A stretch of DNA of 64,000 bases. Source: an uncultured Verrucomicrobiota bacterium. GTDB taxonomy: Bacteria; Verrucomicrobiota; Verrucomicrobiia; Opitutales; Opitutaceae. Location of the stretch: assembly GCA_903856725.1 (NCBI GenBank), contig CAIOCT010000039.1, positions 26,034-90,033 of the forward strand, in the 5' to 3' direction. Numbering within the stretch: the stretch's first letter is position 1; each line of letters begins with the position of its first letter. Shown here in pieces: positions 1 to 9,318 of this stretch. A program made the position numbers and the translations under genes. Below the pieces are notes generated by a model, which was given only the letters and a program-made list of their open reading frames with translations, had not been told where the DNA came from and made no database searches.

Positions 1-89
1 GATTGAGGAGACATGGCGAAATGAGCGGGGCTAGTGGGCGCGGCGCTCGTGGCCAGCAAAACGGGAAGAACTAGCGCAAGAATCATCAT
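1..89 (-). CDS. 5' fragment of a secreted protein (runs off the window edge)
   Basis: Manual translation gives MMILALVLPVLLATSAAPTSPAHFAMSPQ, a signal-peptide-like hydrophobic stretch, co-oriented just downstream of the thioredoxin gene. Confidence 0.5.
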   Translation of the reverse strand, partial: MMILALVLPVLLATSAAPTSPAHFAMSPQ

Positions 90-134
90 AGTAAGTCAGG
101 GCAGGAATTTTTACAGGCAGGGCGCACCGTTCGC

Positions 135-566
135 TCATTGAGGCAGTGCGGCGATCCAGCCATCCACCATGGCGCGGGCTTCATCTCCCTCCGCTAGCAA
201 ATCGCCTTTGGGGCCGTACACTTTAAAATGGGGAATTGAGCGCATGCCGTATTGTTGAGCCACGGGTGATTGCCAATCGATGCGGTGAATTTCGGGCCGG
301 TTAATATCAACTTTGATCACGGCGACATCAGCGCGCTGTTGGTGGAGATGGAGGAGTGGCTCTGTGTAGCCGCGGCAGGGCGGGCAATATTCGCTCGTAA
401 AATCAAACACCGTAAATTTTTGCGGCACGAGAAAATCGGTGAGGCTTACTTCCACTCCTTGCGCAATGCGCAATGGCTTTTCAGTTTTGAGGTGGGTACC
501 GGTCGCCCAGGCGGTCGTGGCAAGTGCGAGGGTCAGGGCGCAGGCGAGGGTCGTAATAAATTTCAT
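135..566 (-). CDS. Exported thioredoxin-family thiol-disulfide oxidoreductase
   Basis: Signal peptide (..TAWA); DFTSEYCPPC active site; SIPHFKVY cis-Pro loop. Confidence 0.85.
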   Translation of the reverse strand: MKFITTLACALTLALATTAWATGTHLKTEKPLRIAQGVEVSLTDFLVPQKFTVFDFTSEYCPPCRGYTEPLLHLHQQRADVAVIKVDINRPEIHRIDWQSPVAQQYGMRSIPHFKVYGPKGDLLAEGDEARAMVDGWIAALPQ

Positions 567-645
567 AGACCCAAGTTGGGGAATTTCTGGTCAAGGCCAA
601 GCAAACAACCCGATTGCGCTGGCGGGTGCAGCTCAGCGCAGAGTG

Positions 646-3075
646 TTATTTCAGCAGATCGCGGAGATCTGTGAGACTTAATTTGGCGGCCGCGGCCGCG
701 CTGGCTTCGAATACATCAGCAAGGAGGGCGCGCTTGGTGTCTTGGAGTAATTGAACTTTTTCTTCGACGGTTTGAGCGCAGATGAGTCGGTAGCTCGTCA
801 CAACTTTCGTTTGGCCAATGCGGTGCGTGCGGTCAGTCGCCTGAGCTTCGGCAGCCGGATTCCACCACGGATCGTAATGCACGACCACGTCGGCGCCGGT
901 TAAATTAAGGCCGGTGCCGCCGGCTTTGAGTGAGATGAGGAAAACCGGGATGGTCTCGTCGGCTTGAAAGCGATCAACCGCGGCCTGGCGGGCTCGGGTG
1001 GAGAGGGAGCCATCCAGGTAGCAATACGCCACCCCTTGGGCTTCGAGTTCGGTCCGGAGTAAGCCGAGAAGAGAGGTGAATTGTGAGAAGACGAGCATGC
1101 GGTGGCCTTCATCAATGCTTTCGGCCAGCAACTCGCGGAAGGCTTCCAGTTTAGTACTCGAAGCCGTTTGTTCGGGAATCAGGCGTGGATCGCAGCAGAT
1201 TTGACGGAGACGGAGCAATTGCGTGAGCGCAGCGAGATGCAGTGTGCCCGCGGAAGCCCCCGTGGCGGCGAGCTTGGACAATTCCTGCTCTGTTTTATCC
1301 TGCATGCGGCGGTAGAGAGCGGCCTGATCAGGAGTTAGTTCACAATAAATAGTCTGCTCAATTTTTTCGGGCAGCTCGGGCGCTACCACGAGTTTAGTAC
1401 GACGTAAAATGTAGGGAGCCGTTTGCACCCGCAGACGCTCATCGAACCAAGTTCGATCGGTGCCGCGCACGCCGGCGGGAATGGCGGCAATAAAACCCGG
1501 CATCAGGTATTCAAAAAGAGCGCGCAGGTCATCGAGGGAATTTTCCAACGGCGTCCCCGTCAGCAGGAAGCGCCCGCGCCCCCGCAAAGTCCGTAATGAT
1601 TGCGCGGCTTGGGTGCGGCGATTTTTTAAATGTTGGGCTTCGTCAGCGAGAATAATGTCGAATTCTTGCGCTGTAAAAAGTTCGGCATCGCGGGTGAGGG
1701 TGCCGTACGAGGTGATGATTAAATCGTATAGGGCGAAAGCGGTGGCGTCTTCCGTTCGGCGGTCGCCGTGGTGGACGAGCACCGCAAGCTGTGGGGTGAA
1801 ACGCGCCGCTTCGCGCCGCCAATTTTCCATCAAAGAGGCTGGGCAGACCACCAAGGAAGGCCGGCGGGGATCAGCCGCAGGTCCACGCACGGAGGGCGCG
1901 CGGCCGTGGCGAGCAGCGAGGAGCGCGAGGGCTTGGAGGGTTTTACCTAGCCCCATTTCATCCGCTAGAATCCCGCCTAATTTCTGGCCATAGAGATACC
2001 AAAGCCAAGCGACGCCGAGTTTTTGATAGGGTCGCAATATTTCTGCGAGAGCCAGCGGTACTGGAGCTGGGCTGAGGGCGGCTAGTTGGTGCAACGCTAC
2101 GCTGCGCTCTACCCACGTGGCTGGCGGTTGGAAATGCGGCGCAGCTTCGGCGAGGATGTCCTGCACCTCAGCCACACGGGCGCGGACGATTCGGTGCGAC
2201 CGGCGGAGACCACCCATCGGTTCAGGCGCCCCGGCGAGGGCTTGATGCGCCGCTTGCAGCTGGGTGAGACGTACTGGATCGACGAGGAAAATTTCTCGGC
2301 CACTTTCGATGTAGCTGCGACTCGTGTTAACTGCATTGAGAATTTCATTCTCGGGGGCGTTGCCGGCTTGGAGACCGAGGGTGACGTCGTAATCACCGGC
2401 TTGCTCCTTGATCGCGGCGACCATGCTCACGGCTTTAATATGCGCCGTATTGCTCTCAAAGTTTTCGGTAAATTCCGCGCCGTGAGTTTCCCGCAATTCT
2501 GTGCCGTAGGTTGCGAGGAAATTGAGCGTCTTATGGCGATTGCGTAGCCAGAATTTTCCATTGGAAGGTTCGAGCGTGAAACCAGTGCGCTTGAGCAGCT
2601 CCCAAATGTCGTGATAATTATCAGCGTCGCGTGAAGGTAGGGTGATCGCTAGAAAATGTTCGGATCCGTCGACCTGCAGCGGTTTCCAGTCCGATTCGCG
2701 CGGAGTGGACGGCATTTTAATCACTGGGCTGGGTGCTGGCGCGCTGACATTTTTTTGGGGGGGCGTTGCGGCTAAATATTCTTCGACCCCCACGAGATCT
2801 GCTTCGCGCCAGGCGATGGGCTCAGTCGGATGATTCAGCCAAAAAAATACGGGCTGCCCAGCGAGGGCTTCGGTTAATTCGGCTAGCTGAGCGCGGGTAA
2901 GTTGTAGGAATGAGATTGGCGCGGGCTGGGCGCCAAGGCGTTGCAGCACGGCCAGGCCGGCGACGATTCCTGGGGCAGGCGCACTCGTCAGGTTGAGCTC
3001 GAGTCGCACCGCGATCGCGTCGCGGGGGGCGGAACTGGCTAGGTTGGGTGGAAGCAGCAGGCGGAGCATAGGCAA
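646..3075 (-). CDS. SNF2/Swi2-family SF2 helicase-like ATPase
   Basis: LADEMGLGKT, DEAQHLKN, LTGTPLENS, SLKAGGTGLNL, DPWWNPA, QATDRTHRIGQ motifs. Confidence 0.95.
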   Translation of the reverse strand: MPMLRLLLPPNLASSAPRDAIAVRLELNLTSAPAPGIVAGLAVLQRLGAQPAPISFLQLTRAQLAELTEALAGQPVFFWLNHPTEPIAWREADLVGVEEYLAATPPQKNVSAPAPSPVIKMPSTPRESDWKPLQVDGSEHFLAITLPSRDADNYHDIWELLKRTGFTLEPSNGKFWLRNRHKTLNFLATYGTELRETHGAEFTENFESNTAHIKAVSMVAAIKEQAGDYDVTLGLQAGNAPENEILNAVNTSRSYIESGREIFLVDPVRLTQLQAAHQALAGAPEPMGGLRRSHRIVRARVAEVQDILAEAAPHFQPPATWVERSVALHQLAALSPAPVPLALAEILRPYQKLGVAWLWYLYGQKLGGILADEMGLGKTLQALALLAARHGRAPSVRGPAADPRRPSLVVCPASLMENWRREAARFTPQLAVLVHHGDRRTEDATAFALYDLIITSYGTLTRDAELFTAQEFDIILADEAQHLKNRRTQAAQSLRTLRGRGRFLLTGTPLENSLDDLRALFEYLMPGFIAAIPAGVRGTDRTWFDERLRVQTAPYILRRTKLVVAPELPEKIEQTIYCELTPDQAALYRRMQDKTEQELSKLAATGASAGTLHLAALTQLLRLRQICCDPRLIPEQTASSTKLEAFRELLAESIDEGHRMLVFSQFTSLLGLLRTELEAQGVAYCYLDGSLSTRARQAAVDRFQADETIPVFLISLKAGGTGLNLTGADVVVHYDPWWNPAAEAQATDRTHRIGQTKVVTSYRLICAQTVEEKVQLLQDTKRALLADVFEASAAAAAKLSLTDLRDLLK

Positions 3076-3217
3076 AGGCAGCTAGCACAACAGCCTGCTC
3101 CGCCCACCGGAGGCAAGCAAGGTTCGCGGTCATCCCAGTGGGCCTTCGCGGCAGCGCTCACTTACTCGCGATGGCACCGTGAGGTTAATCAGAGTAAACG
3201 GCGGAAAATTTGTCGGC

Positions 3218-3361
3218 CTAGCTGGTCGTTAAATGCCAGAGGCCGCAGAGCGTGCAGCGGTAGGCTGCGCGCTGTCGTTCGACCCCGGCCAAAAGCGCAG
3301 CATCCAGAGCGTCCCCTTGCGTGCGATAGCGCCGCTTACGCGTGCACATTCGCTGTTTCAT
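3218..3361 (-). CDS. 47-aa putative zinc-binding mini-protein (below the ORF-track cut-off)
   Basis: Manual translation MKQRMCTRKRRYRTQGDALDAALLAGVERQRAAYRCTLCGLWHLTTS; C..KRRY and YRCxxCGxWHLT pattern; fills the gap between two minus-strand genes. Confidence 0.75.
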   Translation of the reverse strand: MKQRMCTRKRRYRTQGDALDAALLAGVERQRAAYRCTLCGLWHLTTS

Positions 3362-3394
3362 TTCAGGCGTGGGCTTTTTCATGAGAGGCGACGC

Positions 3395-3676
3395 CTAAAC
3401 TGGCGTTGCTGTTGGCCGTAAGATTTTCCGACAAAGGTCGCTGCCGCGCGAAAAATCACGGCAAGTTTGTGGACGCTCTTCATAAATCGTGCACAAGCGG
3501 GTAGTCAAATCCAAGGCCAGGCACGAGCCGTCACTGCGTTGATCCATACAGCGTACGCCGGCGTGTTCCACGACGAGTTCTTCGGGGACCAGGTCTCCAG
3601 CGCGAAGGGCGACGACGAGGTGGCAACATTTTCCGCAACCAGCACAAGCAGGGATATCGGGATGATCGTTCAGCAT
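3395..3676 (-). CDS. YkgJ-family cysteine-cluster (Zn/Fe-chelating) protein
   Basis: CAGCGKCC ... CLALD...CTIYEERPQTCRDF pattern. Confidence 0.85.
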   Translation of the reverse strand: MLNDHPDIPACAGCGKCCHLVVALRAGDLVPEELVVEHAGVRCMDQRSDGSCLALDLTTRLCTIYEERPQTCRDFSRGSDLCRKILRPTATPV

Positions 3677-3743
3677 GATGAGGACATCACATGCGCAGCG
3701 CAGGTGCGCGCAGGCGACCTTTGTTTTTTAACCTACGCGGGGC

Positions 3744-4760
3744 TTAGGGTTCGACGACTACCGGCAGTCCAGTCCACGCGAGTTCAACAAGGGTCCGCGC
3801 ATCCCAATTGGCGAGGCGGAAGCAACCATGGGATTCCGTGCGGCCAACTTTTTCGGGTTCGGGGGTGCCATGAATACCGTAGCCACTGCGATCTAAACCG
3901 ATCCAAGCGACCCCCACGGGGTTATTCGGGCCAGGGGGAAGAATTAATTTTCGCCCGAGCTCTTGCGCTTCGGGTGATTCCGGAAATACGACAGGATCAA
4001 AGGTGTAGTTAGGGTCAGCGATGACGACCGTCACATGTAATTCGCCTACGGGACGTTTTTCGACATTGCGCGCGATGCTGACGGGAAAGTGCAAAAGGAT
4101 GCGGCCGTTCTCATCAAGGGCCTCAAGTTCATGGGCCGCTAAGCCGATGCGTAGGCGGACGACTCGGCCGCTCGGAGTGATTTTCGCGACCGCCGGAACT
4201 TGAATCAGCGCACCCGGTAGCAGCTCGTTCCAAATGAGGTGCGGATTGAGTTTTTTTAATAAATTAGGACTGGCATGATAATGTTCCGCAATCTGCTCGA
4301 GGGCGCTTCCATGGCTCAAGGCGGCTAACTCTGATTTGCCGAGCCACGTGTCGGGCACAGGTTGAATAGCCGCTAAATCTTCGGTGCTAAAATTATGCGT
4401 GGTCAGCGGCGCGGCGGTGAGCAAAAGATTTTCGCGAGTGAGGGGATTGAGTTCGCCGGTTTCCTCAAGTCCCGCATTGCGTTGGAAAGCACGCAGAGCC
4501 GCTGCTGATTGGGCCCCGCGCACGCCATCAATGGAGCCACTGGAGAAGCCGCGCCGGGCTAATTCGATTTGGGCTTCGAGCCAATTACTGACCGGACGGA
4601 GCCCTTCGCTGCTCGCGGTTTCTGAGGAGGATTCGTCCCCTTGCGCTGGAGTATCCTCCGGCGCCAACTCCGCGGGGCGCGGGGCAGCTGGCGCTAAGCA
4701 ATGGGTCCAAGCAAACAGGCCAAGCAAGCCGGTCAGTCTAAGGAGGGGGGGCAGGAGCAT
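3744..4760 (-). CDS. L,D-transpeptidase (YkuD) with N-terminal peptidoglycan-binding domain
   Basis: GSIDGVRGAQSAAALRAFQ PG-binding motif; GPNNPVG..W, YGIHGT, SHGCFRL catalytic motifs; start moved to MLLPPLL (signal peptide). Confidence 0.9.
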   Translation of the reverse strand: MLLPPLLRLTGLLGLFAWTHCLAPAAPRPAELAPEDTPAQGDESSSETASSEGLRPVSNWLEAQIELARRGFSSGSIDGVRGAQSAAALRAFQRNAGLEETGELNPLTRENLLLTAAPLTTHNFSTEDLAAIQPVPDTWLGKSELAALSHGSALEQIAEHYHASPNLLKKLNPHLIWNELLPGALIQVPAVAKITPSGRVVRLRIGLAAHELEALDENGRILLHFPVSIARNVEKRPVGELHVTVVIADPNYTFDPVVFPESPEAQELGRKLILPPGPNNPVGVAWIGLDRSGYGIHGTPEPEKVGRTESHGCFRLANWDARTLVELAWTGLPVVVEP

Positions 4761-4868
4761 GACCCGCGCAGCCTGCGGGGGTTGTGCCGAAATGAAAATC
4801 CAAAACCACGATAACGGTGGTTGATTTCCCCCTCGCTTCCGCCGCCGCGGCTCCACTAGTTCTCTGGG

Positions 4869-5390
4869 ATGGCTACTTTGTCCACCACTCATCCTGAACC
4901 AGAACGCACTGCTGCCTGCCCCTGTGGCAGTGGGAAAAATTTGGGAGATTGCTGCGAACCAATTATCGCGGGCACACGGGTTGCGGCCACCGCTGAGCTG
5001 TTAATGCGAGCGCGTTTCACCGCGCATGTCCTGCGCGATTATCGTTTTCTGCATGAGACCCATCGGCCGACCGCTGGTAAGCCCTATGTAGCGGAGGAAG
5101 GTGAGCCCGTGATGCTCTGGACGAAATTAGTCGTGCACGCGCATGAAACGGGCAGCGATCCCGACAAAGCATTTGTAGATTTTTCAGCTTACGGAACTGA
5201 CGATGGCGTGGAGAAAGTACTGCAAGAAAAGGCCGAATTTCTCCGAATCAATGGAGCGTGGCTCTATAATCGGGAAGCTCGACTTGGCCCCGCGCCCTAT
5301 AAGGCGGCGGTGCCTAAACCCGGCCGTAATGAACCGTGTCCTTGCGGCAGCGGGAAAAAATATAAGCAGTGTTGTTTGCTGAAGGCCTAG
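4869..5390 (+). CDS. ychJ: YchJ-family protein with two SEC-C metal-binding motifs
   Basis: CPCGSG...CC at the N-terminus, [30 protein letters not shown] at the C-terminus. Confidence 0.9.
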   Translation: MATLSTTHPEPERTAACPCGSGKNLGDCCEPIIAGTRVAATAELLMRARFTAHVLRDYRFLHETHRPTAGKPYVAEEGEPVMLWTKLVVHAHETGSDPDKAFVDFSAYGTDDGVEKVLQEKAEFLRINGAWLYNREARLGPAPYKAAVPKPGRNEPCPCGSGKKYKQCCLLKA

Positions 5391-5427
5391 GGCCTCAACG
5401 CGCTTCGCTGGGATCAGCCCGCTGAGC

Positions 5428-5625
5428 TTAGGGGTGATCGTTAGCGTTATCCCGCGCGAGTTCAGCCGTTAGCTGGCGGCGGGCCGCCGCCATATTATCG
5501 ATGAGGTTAGGGTAGCGCCGGCCGGCTTGTTTTGCCGTAGCTTTAGCCCAAGCGATGCTTGCTGGGGTCAATTTGGTTTTGCTGCCTGATTGAGGCGTCG
5601 GTTTTTTCCAAGGAGGTGTGGGCAT
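5428..5625 (-). CDS. 65-aa small basic hypothetical protein (true CDS is the 3' part of the longer ORF 5428..6036)
   Basis: MPTPPWKKPTP..KLTPASIAWAKATAKQAGRRYPNLIDNMAAARR resembles a conserved small-protein pattern (AK..AK.AGR.YPNL.DNM); the 5' extension overlaps lysS antisense and is implausible. Confidence 0.7.
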   Translation of the reverse strand: MPTPPWKKPTPQSGSKTKLTPASIAWAKATAKQAGRRYPNLIDNMAAARRQLTAELARDNANDHP

Positions 5626-5784
5626 GCGGCGAGAATGGAGCCGAATCTTTGGCGGGCTGAAGATCGTTCGGCAATAATTTGTTCGCGGATGTTGAGTAAT
5701 AGAATGTCGGGTTGGGCTACCTGCCACCCAATGAGCACTTTCCATTTGCGCCCGTGACGCGGGCGGACAATCCTGCGCAACTCT

Positions 5785-7299
5785 ATGAGCGAGATCCCTG
5801 AAGATATTTCCCACGATCAACATGCTGTCCGGTTGAAGAAGCTGCAGGATATGCGCGCGGCCGGTTTTGACCCTTTTCGCGCCAGCGTTGAGCAAACGCA
5901 TTTTTCCGCCGAGGCGATGGCCCGGCATCAGGAGGGGCAAGACAACGCGGTGACCGTTAAGGTCGCTGGTCGCCTCGTGGTCATTCGCGACATGGGCAAA
6001 AGCCAGTTTGTTAAAATCCTCGATCAGCAGGGGCACATCCAGCTGTACCTTAAAAAAGACGTCATCGGGGAAGAGGCTTACGCTGCGTTCAAGAAACTTG
6101 ATTTAGGGGATATCATTGGAGCCGAAGGCACTTTGTTTAAAACGAAAACGGGTGAAATCACCGTGCGGGTGGGGCACTATACGCTCGTGAGTAAAGCCCT
6201 GCGCCCTCTGCCCGAGAAATGGCATGGGCTGACTGATGCGGAGCAAGTTTATCGGCAGCGATATCTGGACCTCATCGTTAATTTGGAGTCGCGGGCTCGG
6301 TTGATGCTCCGCAGTCGGATTGTCGCGAGCATTCGCCAGACATTAGCTGAGCGGCAATTTATTGAAGTAGAAACGCCCGTGCTGGAAGGGGTCGCCGGCG
6401 GTGCCGCCGCGCGGCCCTTTGTGACGCACCACAATGCCTTGGGCGCAGATTTTTATCTGCGCATCGCGCTCGAATTGCGTCTCAAGCGTTTACTCGTTGG
6501 CGGCTACGATCGGGTTTTTGAGTTGGGCCGAATTTTCCGCAATGAAGGGGTTTCGCGAAAGCATAATCCTGAATTCACCATGTTGGAGGTCTATCAGGCT
6601 TACACTGATTTTCGCGGAATGATGCAGTTGGTGCGGGCGATTTTTGATGATGTCTGCAGCAAGGTGTTGGGGACTTCCGAGATTAAGCACGCCGCCAGCG
6701 GGCAGATTATTAATTTTGCCGGTGAGTGGCGTGAGGCGCGGTATTTTGATTTGATTGACGCGGCCGTGGGCTCGTCGCTCAGCGCGCTGCGAGGGACCGC
6801 TGGGTATAAGGCGGCGGCCACGGCGGCCGCGCAACAGCTCGGCCTTGAGATACATCCCGGTTGGGAGACTTTTGAAATCGTGAACGAGATTTTTTCCAAG
6901 AAGATCGAGCCCACGCTTATTCAGCCTACCTTTGTGACTCATTTACCGAAGGAGTTGTGCCCGTTGGCTAAGCTCAATCTGCAAGACCCAGGCTTAATCG
7001 ATGTTTTTGAGTTGTGCATCGGCGGCATGGAAGTTGCGCCGGCTTACTCGGAGCAAAACGACCCCCTGGTGCAGCGCGCGATGTTTGCGGCGCAAGCCGG
7101 CGAGGATCAGCAAAAACTGGATACTGATTTCTTGCTCGCGCTCGAGCATGGCATGCCGCCGGCGGGCGGCATGGGAATCGGGATCGACCGATTGTGCATT
7201 TTATTGACCGGCGCGGAAAGCATTCGAGATGTGATTTTGTTCCCTTCGCTCCGTCCGGGTCAGGCGGGGGCGGGCCTTGCGGCCGCAGCCCCTGTTTAA
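5785..7299 (+). CDS. lysS: Lysyl-tRNA synthetase (class II)
   Basis: OB-fold N-terminus, [41 protein letters not shown]. Confidence 0.98.
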   Translation: MSEIPEDISHDQHAVRLKKLQDMRAAGFDPFRASVEQTHFSAEAMARHQEGQDNAVTVKVAGRLVVIRDMGKSQFVKILDQQGHIQLYLKKDVIGEEAYAAFKKLDLGDIIGAEGTLFKTKTGEITVRVGHYTLVSKALRPLPEKWHGLTDAEQVYRQRYLDLIVNLESRARLMLRSRIVASIRQTLAERQFIEVETPVLEGVAGGAAARPFVTHHNALGADFYLRIALELRLKRLLVGGYDRVFELGRIFRNEGVSRKHNPEFTMLEVYQAYTDFRGMMQLVRAIFDDVCSKVLGTSEIKHAASGQIINFAGEWREARYFDLIDAAVGSSLSALRGTAGYKAAATAAAQQLGLEIHPGWETFEIVNEIFSKKIEPTLIQPTFVTHLPKELCPLAKLNLQDPGLIDVFELCIGGMEVAPAYSEQNDPLVQRAMFAAQAGEDQQKLDTDFLLALEHGMPPAGGMGIGIDRLCILLTGAESIRDVILFPSLRPGQAGAGLAAAAPV

Positions 7300-7374
7300 G
7301 CTTTGGTCCCAAGGCGTCAGGATTACACGGAGGCTCGACCTGATTCCTGACTCCTGATAACTTATTTATTAGCT

Positions 7375-8604
7375 ATGCCTTGGTATTTTTATTTAGCGCT
7401 GAAGCAGCTGTTTCCCGCGGGGCGGCGGTTGCCTTTTTTTACCTTAATCTCGGTGGCGGGTGTTGGTTTGGGGGTGGCGCTAATGTTAGTCTCGATGAGT
7501 GTGATGGGCGGCTTTGGCTATCAGATCAAACGGATGATCATTGATACGCAGGGTGAGGTGCAGATTCGTGGGCGTGGGCCGATTGAGGCGACAGCGGCCA
7601 TGGAGCAAGCCATCGCACGAGTGCCTGGGGTAACTGCGGCTGCCCCTTATGCGCAGGGCGTAGTAATGTTGGAATTTAATCGGCGACCAGCATTTCCAAC
7701 CATTCAGGGCTTCTCGCTGGAGCGGATGCGCCAAGTGATTCCGCTGGAGCGTTACTTAATCGCCGGCGCTTGGAGCGAGCTTGACGATGATTCGGTGGTT
7801 CTCAGTTCGCTCTTAGCGAATTCGCTCGGAGTGAACGTGGGCGATCTGATCAGTGTATATTCGCCCCTGATGTTGGAGCGCATGAAAGCGCAAGAAGTGC
7901 TCTTGCCGCGAGCGGTGCGCGTGGCGGGAATTTTCCAGGTTGGTCATCAGCAATTAGATAGTTCAACCGTGCTTTGTTCGCTCCGGCTGATGCAAGATCT
8001 CTACGGGATGAATCAATTAATCCACGGCTATAACGTGCGCCTGCAGCCTGGGGTAGATCCCGATGCAGCGGTGGTCGCACTGAATGCCGTGCTGCCTCCG
8101 GTGGCGCGGGCCCTCACGTGGTTTGAGGCCAATGCAGATTTTCAGGCGGTCATTAGCTTTGAACGAAACATGATCTTTTTTCTCCTGACGTTCATCATCG
8201 TCGTCGCCGCTTTCTCCATCACGAGCTCGCTGCTGGTGACTGTCGTGAGAAAAACCCGTGAAATTGGTTTGTTGGGTGCGATGGGTGGGTCCGCGCGACA
8301 GGTCGCCCTTTGTTTTTGTGTGCAAGGGTTGTTGATCGGAGTTGGGGGTACGCTGGGGGGCCTCGGATTGGGTTTCGCCTTGCTGCACTACCGCAACGCA
8401 CTGGTGCAATTTATTGCTAGCCTGACAATGGGACCTGAGGTGTTTGCGAAGTTTTATCAATTTAGTTCTCTCCCCGCCCATACAGAATCGAAGGACGTAA
8501 TGATCATTATCGTTTTCTCGATTCTTGCTTCAACTTTGGCGGGCCTGATTCCCGCTTGGCGGGCGGCTAAACTCAAACCGGTGGAGGCGCTGCGTAGTGA
8601 GTAA
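7375..8604 (+). CDS. lolC: LolC/E-family lipoprotein-releasing ABC transporter permease
   Basis: ISVAGVGLGVALMLVSMSVMGGF, KTREIGLLGAMG, PAWRAAKLKPVEALRSE; adjacent to lolD. Confidence 0.9.
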   Translation: MPWYFYLALKQLFPAGRRLPFFTLISVAGVGLGVALMLVSMSVMGGFGYQIKRMIIDTQGEVQIRGRGPIEATAAMEQAIARVPGVTAAAPYAQGVVMLEFNRRPAFPTIQGFSLERMRQVIPLERYLIAGAWSELDDDSVVLSSLLANSLGVNVGDLISVYSPLMLERMKAQEVLLPRAVRVAGIFQVGHQQLDSSTVLCSLRLMQDLYGMNQLIHGYNVRLQPGVDPDAAVVALNAVLPPVARALTWFEANADFQAVISFERNMIFFLLTFIIVVAAFSITSSLLVTVVRKTREIGLLGAMGGSARQVALCFCVQGLLIGVGGTLGGLGLGFALLHYRNALVQFIASLTMGPEVFAKFYQFSSLPAHTESKDVMIIIVFSILASTLAGLIPAWRAAKLKPVEALRSE

Positions 8605-9277
8605 CCCCATTACAATTCTTCAGGCGGCGGGCCTGCGCAAAAATTATCCAAGCGGCGATCGTACTTTGGCCGTGCTGCAGGGGGTCGATTTTTCGGTGAG
8701 TGCCGGTGAGACCGTGAGTATCCGGGGTGAGTCAGGTTCTGGCAAAAGCACGTTGCTGAATATTCTGGCTGGGCTCGATCGACCTGAAGCCGGTCAATTA
8801 TGGTGGGGGGCTGAGGCCGCTCATCAGCTTAGTCTTGCCGAACTCACGGCCCGTCGTGGTCGATTTCTCGGCATGGTTTTTCAATCTTATTATCTGATTC
8901 CCGAGCTTGATGCTTATGCTAATATTCTGATGGCGGCTCGTCTGGTCGGGACGGTGGGAGCCGTCGAGAAAGCGCGGGTCACGCAGTTGCTTGAGCGAGT
9001 GGGGTTGGGCGCGCGGGGCCATCATCTGCCGAGCCAGCTTTCGGGCGGTGAGCGTCAACGCGTGGCGGTGGCGCGGGCATTGCTGAATCGGCCGGCGGTT
9101 ATTTTAGCTGATGAACCGACCGGTAATCTCGATGAAGCAACGGGCGATGGAATTATTGATTTGCTGGTGAGCGCTTGTCGCGAAGCGCAGGCGGCTCTGG
9201 TATTGGTCACGCATAATGCTGCTCACGCCAAAAAAACTCAGCGGCAACTTCACCTGCAGAGCGGGCGATTTTCCTGA
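8597..9277 (+). CDS. lolD: LolD-family ABC transporter ATP-binding protein
   Basis: GESGSGKST, LSGGERQRVAVARAL, ADEPTGNLD. Confidence 0.9.
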   Translation: MSNPITILQAAGLRKNYPSGDRTLAVLQGVDFSVSAGETVSIRGESGSGKSTLLNILAGLDRPEAGQLWWGAEAAHQLSLAELTARRGRFLGMVFQSYYLIPELDAYANILMAARLVGTVGAVEKARVTQLLERVGLGARGHHLPSQLSGGERQRVAVARALLNRPAVILADEPTGNLDEATGDGIIDLLVSACREAQAALVLVTHNAAHAKKTQRQLHLQSGRFS

Positions 9278-9318
9278 GCCGAGCGGCTCAGGATTGCCGA
9301 CTGAATTATTTTAGCCGA

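Noticed and set aside
646-3075. SNF2 ATPase as part of an anti-phage defence system
   Set aside because: No nuclease, methyltransferase, DUF or other defence partner nearby; looks like the ordinary chromosomal SNF2
5626-6036. 5' part of the 202-aa ORF 5428..6036
   Set aside because: Overlaps lysS antisense and has no protein-like features; only the last 65 codons look real
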